A stretch of 64,000 nucleotides of DNA, taken from Yuukianura sp. NJ FZ-2021. Taxonomy: Eukaryota. Every line of letters starts with the position of its first letter. Position 1 is the stretch's first letter. The notes beneath the pieces were generated by a model. It ran no database searches, was not told the origin of the DNA, and saw only the letters and a program-made list of their open reading frames with translations. Location: NCBI GenBank assembly GCA_046563655.1, contig CM102286.1:9920001-9984000 (forward strand), in the 5' to 3' direction. Positions 1 through 10,899 of the stretch are shown here, piece by piece. A program made the translations under genes and the position numbers.

Positions 1-1609
1 AATTAGTTACTATATGGCTGATGACACGACGCAGGTTTTTGAAAACCTACACCCCAATACTGGTAAGACACTTTTTAATAGGTAAAACACAGACTTTTTA
101 ATACGAATTTTTGCTCACATGCTGACTAAATGAATTGCTGTTTGTAGGCTTACCGAAGGGTAACTTCTTCTACCGTGGTCGTGCCATGAAGCCGGGCGCT
201 CAAAGAGAGCTTGGATTCAAACCTGAATACTACGAGCCGAAAGACTTCTTTGTCGGAAACATTTTGAAGATCAATTCCTTTGACTTCCAGCTCGTCCTGG
301 CGGACGAGTTTACGTACTCGTACATGGAACGTAACAAGGATCAAGTAAGTAAACGTAATCAGTTTAAACATTCTTAAAAATCAAACAACGTTGTTCCATC
401 ATTTTCTTTTGTTTTCAGTTTCCAGCCTCAGATATTTGCATCTGCCTGAACAAAATTCGGGAAGCATTTGGTCCACTTCAAGCAGAAGATGTTTTGAAGT
501 GTTTTGCGGAAAATGACACCAATCTCCAAGGCGTGATGGACGTTCGCAACTTCCGCTCGTTGTTGCTTCAGATTTCAAAGTGTGCGTTGAGTGAGCATGA
601 AATTCAGACGCTAGCTCGATGCTACGCCGCTCATGCTCCTCCCCCGGCGTAGACTTTGAAACGCTCCAGTAAGACATGAACATCAAACTTATTTAACTAC
701 TTTTACACAGATTCAGTTTGATTTTTGTTTTCTTAGGGCAATTGTCCAGACGGAATTGCGGAAATCTAACTTCGACAAGTTTCTTATGGAGCGGGTAGAG
801 TATACCCTTCGCCATCATGATCCATGTCGCACAGGAAATGTAGATCGTGAGACACTTCGTGCAACTTTGAAGGGGGCCAGACTTCCATTGGATCGCGCCA
901 TTTTGGATTTTCTAGTGGACAAGTGAGACATGAGATATCAAATTATCTGTTAGCCAACTTATGTGCTTAATAAGCTTAACTTAACTACGGAGATTAATCG
1001 TTTGTTGTTTTATTTTCTAGATTTCCCGCCGGAGACAACTGCGACCGAGTTCCATATTGTGAGTTGCTGAAGTTTCTGGACTGGGAAGACAACCCTGCAG
1101 CAGTTGCAAAACCAACCGCAATTAAGGTACTAAAAGACATCGACTGTGTTATGACGACTCACGAAGCCAAATATTATTTTGCAATTTTTCTTTAGTGTAT
1201 CATGGAATGGATCTTTCCACAACCGCCACTCAAGATCATCTGTGTCAACTACCGAGCATTCTTAGAAGACGTTTGTCCCAACTTCAAGTGTTCTATTCCT
1301 GAACTATGCTGTTGCGCTCAAATGAAACCATGCCCGAAACATCCTCAAACTTGCAAGACACAATCTACTCCAGCTCAGGACCAGGAGTCTTACTGCCCAG
1401 AGGAGACGCAACAAACGTTACCAGTGGAAGAGTGTCCTCCTCAAGAACCAATCACACTCCATGTCAAGCCTTGCTTCATTAAACCTATCGATGGAAAAAC
1501 GCACAAATGCGCACCAGGAGCGTTAAAATGCTTTGCTCACACGAATGAGGACGTTGAAGAAAAGCCTACAGCGAAAATGGACTTTGGTAATACACCAACC
1601 TGCAACTAA
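1..1609 (+). CDS. EFHC2: EF-hand domain-containing family member C2-like (DM10/Rib72 family) protein, 3' part; exons <1-62, 148-344, 419-668, 737-922, 1021-1126, 1196-1609
   Basis: Spliced translation gives a DM10 motif (ISYYMADDTTQVFE...GLPKGNFFYR...YYEPKDFFVGNILKINSFDFQLVLADEFTYSYME). This is followed by FPASDI, LSEHEIQTLAR, AIVQTELRKSNF, RLPLD and LLKFLDWEDNP, which match the EFHC2 C-terminal region. All introns are GT-AG. One frame break lies at 641-652. Confidence 0.85.
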
Positions 1610-1686
1610 TTGAAGACTCACAAACAGCGCACATCCTTAACCAATGAAAGAACAGTATTGTACTAGTATGCAACATTTACTTGACA

Positions 1687-1692
1687 AATAAA
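1687..1692 (+). promoter_or_regulatory. Polyadenylation signal AATAAA of the EFHC2-like gene
   Basis: Canonical hexamer 78 nt after the stop codon. Confidence 0.55.
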
Positions 1693-1834
1693 CGAGCTTC
1701 AATTCTGCATTTCTACTTGTGTATCGTAAAGTAGTAGTACATAACGTTAGGTTTATCAAATCAGAATGAACATTCAAATCATTCTCTGCATTACGACCAT
1801 TGTGGTAGAAGTTCATCTTGGTGAAACGGAGCTT

Positions 1835-4800
1835 TTAGCGTTTGCTAATCTTCGTCAATGCTGATGTTTGACCTGCCTTGTTGCCGGAGAGAACTATGTA
1901 CGGAGTATGGGATTGCTTTTGCCTCTCCTGTAGCAGTTCCAATGTTCCAAGCGGCGTATCCGTGGAATTCATATGTTGCATGAGCTTGAGAAAAAAAACA
2001 TGAGATAATTGTTGGCTGAAAAACAATTGTTACGAGAAATATGTTTGCTTACCTTAGCCTGTTCCAATTTCCTTCGTTTTTTGTCGATTTTATTCTTTCC
2101 CGATCCCTTTCCATGGAACTTATGAGACAGCAGACGGAAAGCCTCTTTAGCAGAAATCGTTTTTCCGTCTTCGTCAGTATACTCCAGTTTGATATCCGGT
2201 TTATACTGATCTTTCTCCTTGAATTCTGTCAGAGGCCCCGAATACATGTCGCGTTTGCTATGACCTGATCTCTCGTCTTCGTAGTTTTTGTCTTCAATTG
2301 AATAATGCTTAGCTTGGAGATGCTTCATTTTTGGCGGTGCTGAAGGCTTTCGCTTCTCCTGCTCCAGGTATCCCTTCTTCATTGCCAACTTCAAAGCTCC
2401 AGCAACTCCAGTACCAACTTCTGGCTCCTCTTCAAGAATAGGAGCCTTTTCCATTTCGGGCTCTCGTGTAATATCCACCGGAGTCTCATCTAAATCGGAG
2501 GAACAAAGTCGAATCAATTTTCAGATCTTAAAACTGCAGTTTCAGAAGGAAATCAAAGGAACGCGTGTTGCGTAATAACTGTGAAAGATCAAAAGCATGC
2601 CTTACCAATTTCCACTTCGTTCCACTTCCCTCGTTCCTCCATTTCAGCCGCATAGTTTTGCTGTTCCTCAGTTTCAAAATCCTAGAATAACAAACAACAT
2701 AAGTCTTCTTGTTCTCGAAATCAAATTAGGAAATATGGTGATTACCATTTTTTCATCTCCATAAATGTCTCCTCCTTCGTAGCTTGGAATGTCACCCAAA
2801 GTACGACAAAATTCTGCGGTAGCGTGTAAAGTAACCGCACTTGCATCAAATTCGCTCCTGTCTCCTGTTCGACGGACCATATCTGCAATCTGAATGAATT
2901 TAAGTCAGACAATTCAAAATTAGTGGAAGTTGGGAATATTAGATAAGGAAAATGACAAAAACAGAGTTTGGATTTGCTCACTTACCTTCTCAACGCTTGG
3001 CTTTTTGAACTTTTCCTTCTGTTTCGCCTTTCTGACTTTATTCAAAGCAAGCTGAAAATCAAGGTCTCCCTCATCCTCAATTTTAATGTCCGTCACATCA
3101 ATGTCAGATACTAAAAGAGGAAACAAAATTCACAAAGGTCAATGTTAGCTTCTTATAAAACTACGATCTTTGATAAACCAACCTGCTGGAAGATCGTCCA
3201 ATTCCATGTCAATTTCCATTTTTACAGGCTTCAGCTCCGCTTTCGTGTCTTGCTGGTCTCCTCCGTCTCTTTCCCGCTTCTTCCGGGATCCAAAATTTTT
3301 CTCCGGTTGAGTGAGAAGCTGTGGCTCATTGCTTTTTAGCAAATCGTCAGCTCGAAGAGTTTTGCGAACTTTTCTAACCTAAAAATGAAAGTATTGATTT
3401 ATTTTCCCTCGGATTCTCATAATCAGTGTATTTAAGCAGTGGTATGTGTTAGCAGACTCCACGTTAGTAGTCACAAAACCTTTACCTTCTTTTTCGTCTT
3501 TTTGAATGATGTCATTTCTTCGGGCGAGAAAAAGTCCGATGCAATTGTAAGGGATGGAGCGTGAATTGTTTCCAGAATTTTGTTTGCCATTTTTTTCTTT
3601 TCCATTGCCTTAGCCTGCCTCTGTTCCACCGAGTTATCCTCACCTGCAAACAATGTCATAAGCAATTGTAAAAAGTACTACTAAAACTGAAAGTGAAAGT
3701 ATCGAATCGTACATAATGTAGATAGATAGCACCTAGTGTAGTATGTACGCCTAAACTTTCAATAAGCCGTATACACGGTATTTAAGAATTTTTACCCAAA
3801 ACAAAAGCCTTCTTCTGAATTCCACCGATTTCTTCGTCATATTTAGACAGAATTTTCTTCTCTTGCGGCATTCCATGTTCATCAAACCCTCCAAGCTCCT
3901 CGAAGACGTTATACCCGTACAACTCTGGTCGCATTTTACGGTCTTTGATGTTCTACAGTAATAAGAAGAAAGGATTTACCTTATGGAATACTTAACTCGT
4001 GTTTGTAATACAAGCATTTTGTTATCAAAGAGATTCTAATGAATTTAATCCCATACCTTTTCAAACTTTTCATCGTCGATCATATTAACGTTCACAAGGA
4101 CATCATCTTTTTCATCCAAAACACCCTTGTCGTCAAGCGTCATAATGACAGTTTCGCCTTCGTTGATGCGCTCCTAGAAAAACAATGAGTGAAATATGAA
4201 GAAACTGAAAACATTTAAGCGGGAAGAGTCGTGTTATGCAAATAGTTAAATGTTCGTTGGTTTTTGCGTGGATAGTCGGACTTGAAACCGGATTCAGTAG
4301 CAGCAGATAATTGTTGTACAACAAAAACAAACAGGCTGAATTGCACGCAATTACTTAAATTAGCTAAGCAATATAAGACAATAGAGAACGAACATACCGA
4401 GTCATGCATCACTTTCATTCCTTTTAGATCTTTGGTGTTATAGGAATCGCTCTTCAACTTCTGAAATTCGCTTTCCACCAAATCTCCAACGCCAAATTCG
4501 TCATCCAATTCGGCGAGAGCCTTCGCCTAAGAAATAAAACATAAAGTAATTGAAATCGAAAAAATGTTAAATAAAATAGTGTGATGTGCAATACAGCAAG
4601 CTGGCCTTCATCTTACCCTCTTTTCTGCAAGTGCTTTTTGTTCCGCAATTCGCTTCGTCTTTTCCACCCACTTTTCGGCATCATCATCAGAATCTGAGTC
4701 GGCTAAACCCTTCGTCAACAGTTTCTGTTCCAATCGCCGTTTTTCTCTTTGCGTCTGAATCTTGTCGCGCAGTTTATCAGCTGATCGCTGTTGTGCTATG

Positions 4801-6103
4801 TTTTCTGTGCAATCAATTTATAAGAACATTAAACTTCTAATAAGGCACACCAGTCGTTAAATCCAAAACAGTACCTGCAGGAGCATGCACAAAATCCAGC
4901 TTTTCTTTCCAGAACACTTCGCCCTCCTTCTCTCGCTCATCTCTGATTCTTTGAGCAGTAGCCTCATCTTCAGCATCTTCTTCAGAAACTGTACTTGGTA
5001 TTTTCTGAGGTGAGACAACTTGTGCACGCGGTTCAATTTGGAGCGGCTTCAAGCCTAGCTTCAGACGTAGTTTATTCGTTTCTTCAATGGACAAAGAAGA
5101 ATCACCACCAGAAGACTTTGGAGGCGGAGATGGAGAACGCGAGGGACGAGTGGCTTGATGATGTGACCTCTTTAGTTTCTTTCTTGCCTCTTCAGACTTG
5201 GAAAGATCCGAAGTCCTAGGCATAGAAGCAGATTCCTTCGCCGGCCTGTCGGAAGGGGCCGAAAAAATGGTGCTCTCTGCGTCGTCACGAGTTCCATTTC
5301 CGGCAAGTGCACGAATAGATTTGTCACTCTCAGAATGTTTTGCTGCTTTAGCTATTGGAGCATCGGAATCTGTAATATAACGAATAACCGAAGGTTCAGA
5401 AAATTCCTCTGCGAGCACCACTCTGAACTAATATATGGGGAAACGATGCTTAAAATATGTTTGGAAATCGCTTCACGGCACACTGGCTTTACCTACCTGC
5501 GACCTGTAACTTAAGACCAAACTAGAGTTCAGTCTAGTAATCACGTTGCGGTAATTACGTTCGAATCATCAGATCTACAAGAAAATAAGAAACATATTAT
5601 AATTTACTCAATAAAAGACAACAGATGATGAGAATAATTAATTACTTTTGTTGGCTTTCAAGTTACAGGAGAGTGGAGAGGAAAAAGAAAACGATTCGTC
5701 ATCAGACCATTCATCTAATGAACTAATAACCATAAAGAAACGCAGTAATACTACCCCCCTTCCACCCACCTCCAACATCCATTGAACAAAAACTGAAAAC
5801 GTAAAAAATTCTTTCGCCAATCATATAGTATAAACGTGGACTTGTGCCAAGCGAAAATAAACTCCAATCGTTTTGAAAAATAAGATTTTTACCTTCGCTG
5901 GAGCTGGCGGAGCTTCTTTTCTTTTCTTTGTGTTTCCTCTTATGACGCCGCGCAACATCAGTTGCAACGACAAAATCCGTTGCTTCGACAGCATCCGAAT
6001 CCTTTCCCTTATCCTTTGAACGTTTTTTCTTGTGAGACCTATCGCGCTTCTCATCCTTTTCACGGTGTCGGTCCTTATCCTTATGCTTTTTCGAAGACCC
6101 CAT
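1835..6103 (-). CDS. SART1: U4/U6.U5 tri-snRNP-associated protein 1 (SART1/Snu66), about 13 coding exons
   Basis: MGSSKKHK start, HIND motif [79 protein letters not shown] and STDTPLGTL...PYIVLSG. Phase-compatible GT-AG introns link all exons. Confidence 0.95.
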
Positions 6104-6665
6104 GTTTCCAAAGCCAACGGTTTACCACTGAATGAGTACTGCAAGAAAGGATAAAAAGACCAATAATTGATCAATTATTCAATTTTTAATAACTGTTCTG
6201 ACGACAGATTGAGCTTTCGACCTCACAAGCACAGCATAGTCTAAAACTAATCTCCAGTTAAATCTACACGCCCTTGGTTGGCTAGCGCAACCGGATCGTA
6301 CCGTACCCGAAAGCTGTGCTGTATAATGTCTGCTAAAATTGGTCGATCTCACGGCCCAAACGTAACTCAAACGACAACCGCCCAATCACTTAAGGAAGGG
6401 AGGTCAAGATCTTTCAATATAGAAAGGAGAAAGACCAAAATTTGTCAAACCTAGATTTTGAACAAGGACAACTTTAAAATGATCGAAAGCGAAACTAACC
6501 TCAAAATTTTGCCGTTCGTATTCAGTAAGTAGTGAGTTGAGTAATTTTCGAAAAGTGATGAGCTTATTTCGAAAAAAAAAACACTATAGGGTTTCTATAC
6601 TTTTTATATTTATAGCAGCCTGCCGCGCTGCTAGTTGTTACTCATATTCTTGACTTTTAGGTTGG

Positions 6666-6893
6666 GGTAAGCTTTAACGACCATCATTGTAGCCGCACAG
6701 TGTAGCCGCTCCGCCATTTTTTGTGGCTACAATGGGTGGCTACATCGTGTGGCAACTTATGTTGCCACTTTAGGTTAGGTTAGGTTAAAGTGGCTACTTA
6801 AGTTGCCGCTCAGGTGTAGCCACCCATTGTAGCCACAAAAAATGGCGGAGCGGCTACACTGTGTGGCTACAATGACGGTCGTTAATCCTTACC
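6666..6893. mobile_element. Hairpin (foldback) MITE-like element with a (TTAGG)3 loop
   Basis: Arms of ~100 bp (TTAACGACCATCATTGTAGCC...GCCACTTT / AAAGTGGC...GGCTACAATGACGGTCGTTAA) are near-perfect reverse complements around TTAGGTTAGGTTAGG at ~6770-6784. Confidence 0.75.
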
Positions 6894-7259
6894 GCGACCG
6901 ACTTTTAAAACTAATCTCCTGATAAATCGGAAAGTCTATCGTCCGGGGCCGCAATAAGTGAGTGGTGTCAAGAAGAAATAATTAGGCAGTTATCTGCAGC
7001 CCACGTATCTTGAAAACGTAAACGTATCACGTATCTTTTCGAAAAAGATACGTGAAGAGCTTGAGATACGTAAACGTATCTACTTACGTTAACGTAAAAA
7101 TCAAAAAGATACGTGAGAGATACGGGAGACGTAAACGTATCTTCAATTCCAAACCACACTCGGTTCAAAGTGTGAATCCCCTTTAGAAGTATGTTTTGTA
7201 TCTGTAACAGGTGCAATTTGAAAATCACTTTTTTCGTCTTTTTTTTTTGTAAACAAAAC

Positions 7260-7581
7260 CATCGAGTTACCAAGACGATTCGATTTTTTGTCTTTTAACT
7301 AGAGTGGACATAAGGCATTTTTTCAACAAAATTTTTGAAACATTTCTAGAGCGGATAAAAACCGCTTTCATCTCAACTTTAAGCCAGTTTCACACAAACT
7401 ATGAACTGCAGGTGTCCTTTTTGTGCCACCTGCAGTTCATAGTTTGTGTGAAACTGGCTTAAAGTTGAGATGAAAGCGGTTTTTATCCGCTCTAGAAATG
7501 TTTCAAAAATTTTGTTGAAAAAATGCCTTATGTCCACTCTAGTTAAAAGACAAAACATCGAATCGTCTTGGTAACTCGATG
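7260..7581. mobile_element. Foldback MITE: two ~155-bp arms, 12-nt loop, 8-bp TSD (hAT- or P-type signature)
   Basis: Termini CATCGAGTTACC...GGTAACTCGATG; arms 7260-7414 and 7427-7581 are almost perfectly complementary; AACAAAAC is duplicated at 7252-7259 and 7582-7589. Confidence 0.88.
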
Positions 7582-7683
7582 AACAAAACGGACTTGCGCT
7601 AGACGTTACGGTTTTTGGTTTTTGGGTTTGCAGAAAACTGGTGAAAAAGATACGGGAAACGTATCCACACCTGTGCATTGCTT

Positions 7684-7992
7684 GGATCGCCGAGCCAAGC
7701 GAGCCGAGCCAACAGATACTACAGCGATCCGCGATCCGATCCGAGCCAGCAAATTGTTGTCGCGATCCGAACCGAGCCGAGCCAAAAAGCAAAGTCAGCG
7801 ATCCGCGATCCGATCCGAGCCAGAAAATTTTTGTCGCGATCCGAACCGAGCCGAGCCAAAGAGGAAAGTCAGCGATCCACGATCCGAACCGAGCCAGCAA
7901 AAGTTGTTAGCGATCCGAACCGAACCGAACCAGCCAAAAAACAGCTGCTTGGATCGCTGGCTCGCTAACATCCGCCGTTGGTTCGGCGATCC
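7684..7992. repeat. Subterminal repeat array (GCGATCC-GAACC-GAGCC units), left end of the hAT-like element; the matching array is at ~9630-9930
   Basis: About 8 imperfect ~28-30 bp units, directly visible. Confidence 0.85.
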
Positions 7993-8225
7993 AATGAACA
8001 AAAAGCATGAGGGGAGACCAATTGCTTTAAAATTCAAGTTTACACCCAATAAAATAAAACAAAATAACAGAAGTCGTGAGTTGTATATTAAAATAGGCAA
8101 TTAATTATATATAGAAATATTTATTACTAATAATGTTAACTACTAATTATAATAAATATACAAAATTAGGCTAATAGTCCATTGCTTGCATTACACGTAT
8201 CTAATGTAAACTAGTGTACTAATCC

Positions 8226-8614
8226 CAGTGTTGCCGGACGCTTAAACATCCAGTGGCTTAATTGTCACTTCCACTGGATACCCACGGGAGGAAATTCATC
8301 CGAAATTTATGAAACTTTTAATGGATGGAAGAAATGAAGAATTTAACGCAAAATTCAAAAAATTCAAATTACAAAATAATATCACAGAATTTTCTTTCGT
8401 CGTTAAAATTAATTATTTAATTAAAACTGATAGAAAAAAGATATTCCCTTCGTTTTTATACGGTATTTTGAATTGTTTAAGCTTTTCGTATTTAACTAAT
8501 TTAAACCCCGCGGGTGAAGTTCTGCCCCATTGGGTTCATCTATTTCGTCCATTTCTTCCACTGTATATCCAGCCATGGACGAAATATCGAAAAAGTGGAT
8601 ATCCAGCAACACTG
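8226..8614. mobile_element. hAT-type MITE
   Basis: TIR CAGTGTTGC(C/T)GGA; 8-bp TSD ACTAATCC / AATAATCC (7 of 8 match). Confidence 0.75.
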
Positions 8615-8849
8615 AATAATCCATCGAATTTCTAATTATATTCGATATACTAGTTTGATCACAGACGTCTTATTATCAACGTACATAATTAACAATGCAA
8701 TCGTAATATTTAAAAATTAGTTGCCTTAAATTGAAATGGAAATTAATAAATTTCATTATTAATTAATTTTTACCCTGTTTTTGGACACAGTGTTTCAGGT
8801 GACGCTAACAGTAGATTTGATTATTATAGTATTCGATTATATTAAAGTA

Positions 8850-9297
8850 CAGGGTGTGGCACGTAAAACTAGGCGCTAGAAAAATAATTTCTTTGTTTAT
8901 TTGGGGAATTATGGGGGAAAACTATAGCAAATAAACACTTTAGGGAATATTTTAGCCTAACCGTGACTTCTTCCGAAACTATCCTGTGGAAACTCAGAAG
9001 GTGTGATGATGTTTTTAATGAGCAATATCTTGGAATTTTTTAGACTTCTATAAATAAGGAAATTGCACTTTTGTGAGTTTGTTAGCCTAATCCTGAGCTT
9101 TTCCAAAAGTCCTTCTCTGGAAAATTAGAACGTGTGATGGAGTTTTTAAAAATCAATATTTTAGAACTTTTTAAATTTCCATAAATGAGGAAGATACAGT
9201 TTAGGGAGCATTATTTCCCCCCACATGATAAACAGTTCTGGGTCAAGTTGCCCTTAGCAATGAATTTCAGCCGTTTACTTCTACACGCCACACCCTG
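8850..9297. mobile_element. Tc1/mariner-type MITE with an internal diverged ~130-bp direct duplication
   Basis: TA|CAGGGTGTGGC ... GCCACACCCTG|TG. Two related units begin with TTAGCCTAA at ~8952 and ~9083. Confidence 0.7.
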
Positions 9298-9339
9298 TGA
9301 TGCTTACAACAACGTTATTTAAATTAAACTGTTCAATTA

Positions 9340-9560
9340 TTATACTGTAATAATAATAATAATTATTATTATGATTATAATTATTATATTATTAATTATA
9401 CTATAATTACTAATTAATCTTAATAACATGAATATTATAATAATATTTGTTATTTAATAATTAATATAATCATTAATAATAATTATTAATATTAATGTTA
9501 TTTATTATAATTATTATTGTTATTAATTATTAAGAATATTAATATAATAATGTGAATTGG
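9340..9560. repeat. Extremely AT-rich low-complexity tract (TAA/TTA-like)
   Basis: Almost entirely A/T, with imperfect trinucleotide periodicity. Confidence 0.8.
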
Positions 9561-10173
9561 TATGATATAGTTATTCATAATTTGATGCTATGTGTAACCT
9601 ATCTCCCCTCACACTTCTGATTTTCCTGTTGGATCGCTAAAACAGCGATCCAAAATGTGGAAATTGCTGGCTCGGCGAGCCAGGCGAGCCGATCCAACAA
9701 AATTTGTCGCGATCCGCGATCCGATCCGAGCCACAAAATTAAGCCCGCGATCCGAGCCGAGCCGAACCAACAAACTTTTGGCTCGATCCGCGATCCGAAC
9801 CGAGCCACAAATTTAAGCCCGCGATCCGAGCCGAGCCGAACCAGTCAAACGCAGCGATCCGATCCGAACCTGGCTCGCTGGCTCGGATCGGTTCGGCTCG
9901 GCTCGCTTCTGCGATCCAGCCTGGATCGCTATTTTGGCTCGTGCACAGGTGTGAACGTATCACGTATCTCAGAAAAGATACGTTACGTTACAACGTACGT
10001 TTCAAGATACGTGGTCTGCAGATAACTGCCTTACTTTTTTGTAATTATACGATTGTCTTTGAGTAGAGTAGTAGTCCATTTCCATTTCATTTTCGACTTA
10101 AGCTTTATATGCATATGACTTTTGAGCACACGCAATTACAGCATGAATGCGAATCTAGAAAGAAGAAGAATTA

Positions 10174-10899
10174 AGCCTCTTTCACACTGGATACGCCGCA
10201 ACAACTGCCGACGGCAGTTGTGCCGGCGTAACAAACTGCCGTAGATAGTTGTTGAAGGGTTTCACACTGCACCACCGGTTCTTTTTACGCCGTAAATTTT
10301 TTCTATGGAAAGTTATACGCCGGTCTCGGTGTGATACAGCTTCATTTGGTCACAATTCTTGAAAGGCGCCTTTCAGTTTCATATGGGAAGACAAATGAAG
10401 TAAATGAATTGAAAACAACCAAATGATTACAAGTATTCATGTGTAATTGCTCTATTACCATGCTTTGAGAAGAGTAGCCAAATTTCCCTATAGGGTGATG
10501 TATTAACACAAATTAATAGCTAATTAGCACAATTAGCTATTAATTAACACTTAAACAATGTTATACTTTTGTTTTTCCTACTTCGGTACTGCTGATTACG
10601 TAGAAAGAAGGAGGGAAGGATGATCAGCTGGGATGAGATGGGAACTGTCCGTCCGGAGTTGGTCCAAAAGTTGAAACGTTTCAACTTTTGGGGGTCCCAT
10701 CTCCTCCTGTAGGAAGAGTTGACGGCGTAAAATGTGACGGCGGCAGCCGTGAGGCAATGTGAACACCTCATCCGTCTTCCGCCGTCAACTTTCTCTTCCG
10801 TCGTCCAACTCACCGGCGGTGAGTTGGTTTGGTGTGAATGGATACGCCGTCACAACTGCCGTCGGCAGTTGTTACGACGTATCCGGTGTGAAAGAGGCT
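10174..10899. mobile_element. PIF/Harbinger-type MITE
   Basis: ~45-bp TIR AGCCTCTTTCACAC(T/C)GGATACG...CAACTGCCGACGGCAGTTG; TTA TSD at 10171-10173 and 10900-10902. Confidence 0.87.

Larger units (their letters stand above)
7666..9953. mobile_element. Non-autonomous hAT-like element with subterminal repeat arrays
   Basis: 12-bp TIR CACACCTGTGCA/TGCACAGGTGTG and a perfect 8-bp TSD AACGTATC (7658-7665 and 9954-9961). GCGATCCGAACCGAGCC-type arrays lie near both ends. Confidence 0.85.
6985..10030. mobile_element. Non-autonomous PIF/Harbinger-type element; outer host of nested insertions
   Basis: TIR GGCAGTTATCTGCAG(C/A)CCACGTATCTTGAAA at both ends, flanked by TTA (6982-6984) and TTA (10031-10033). 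ACGTATC subterminal repeats are present. Confidence 0.85.

Noticed and set aside
6612..6635. Small hairpin ending in CTAG as a Helitron 3' end
   Set aside because: No 5' end or Rep/helicase evidence; too short to support.
7684..7992. Regularly spaced repeats resembling a CRISPR array (also 58350-58600)
   Set aside because: Spacers are short and related to each other, there are no cas genes, and the context is eukaryotic.
7379..8104. Several overlapping ORFs of 89-173 aa (also at 9599-10025)
   Set aside because: Produced by stop-poor subterminal repeat arrays of the hAT-like element; no protein features.
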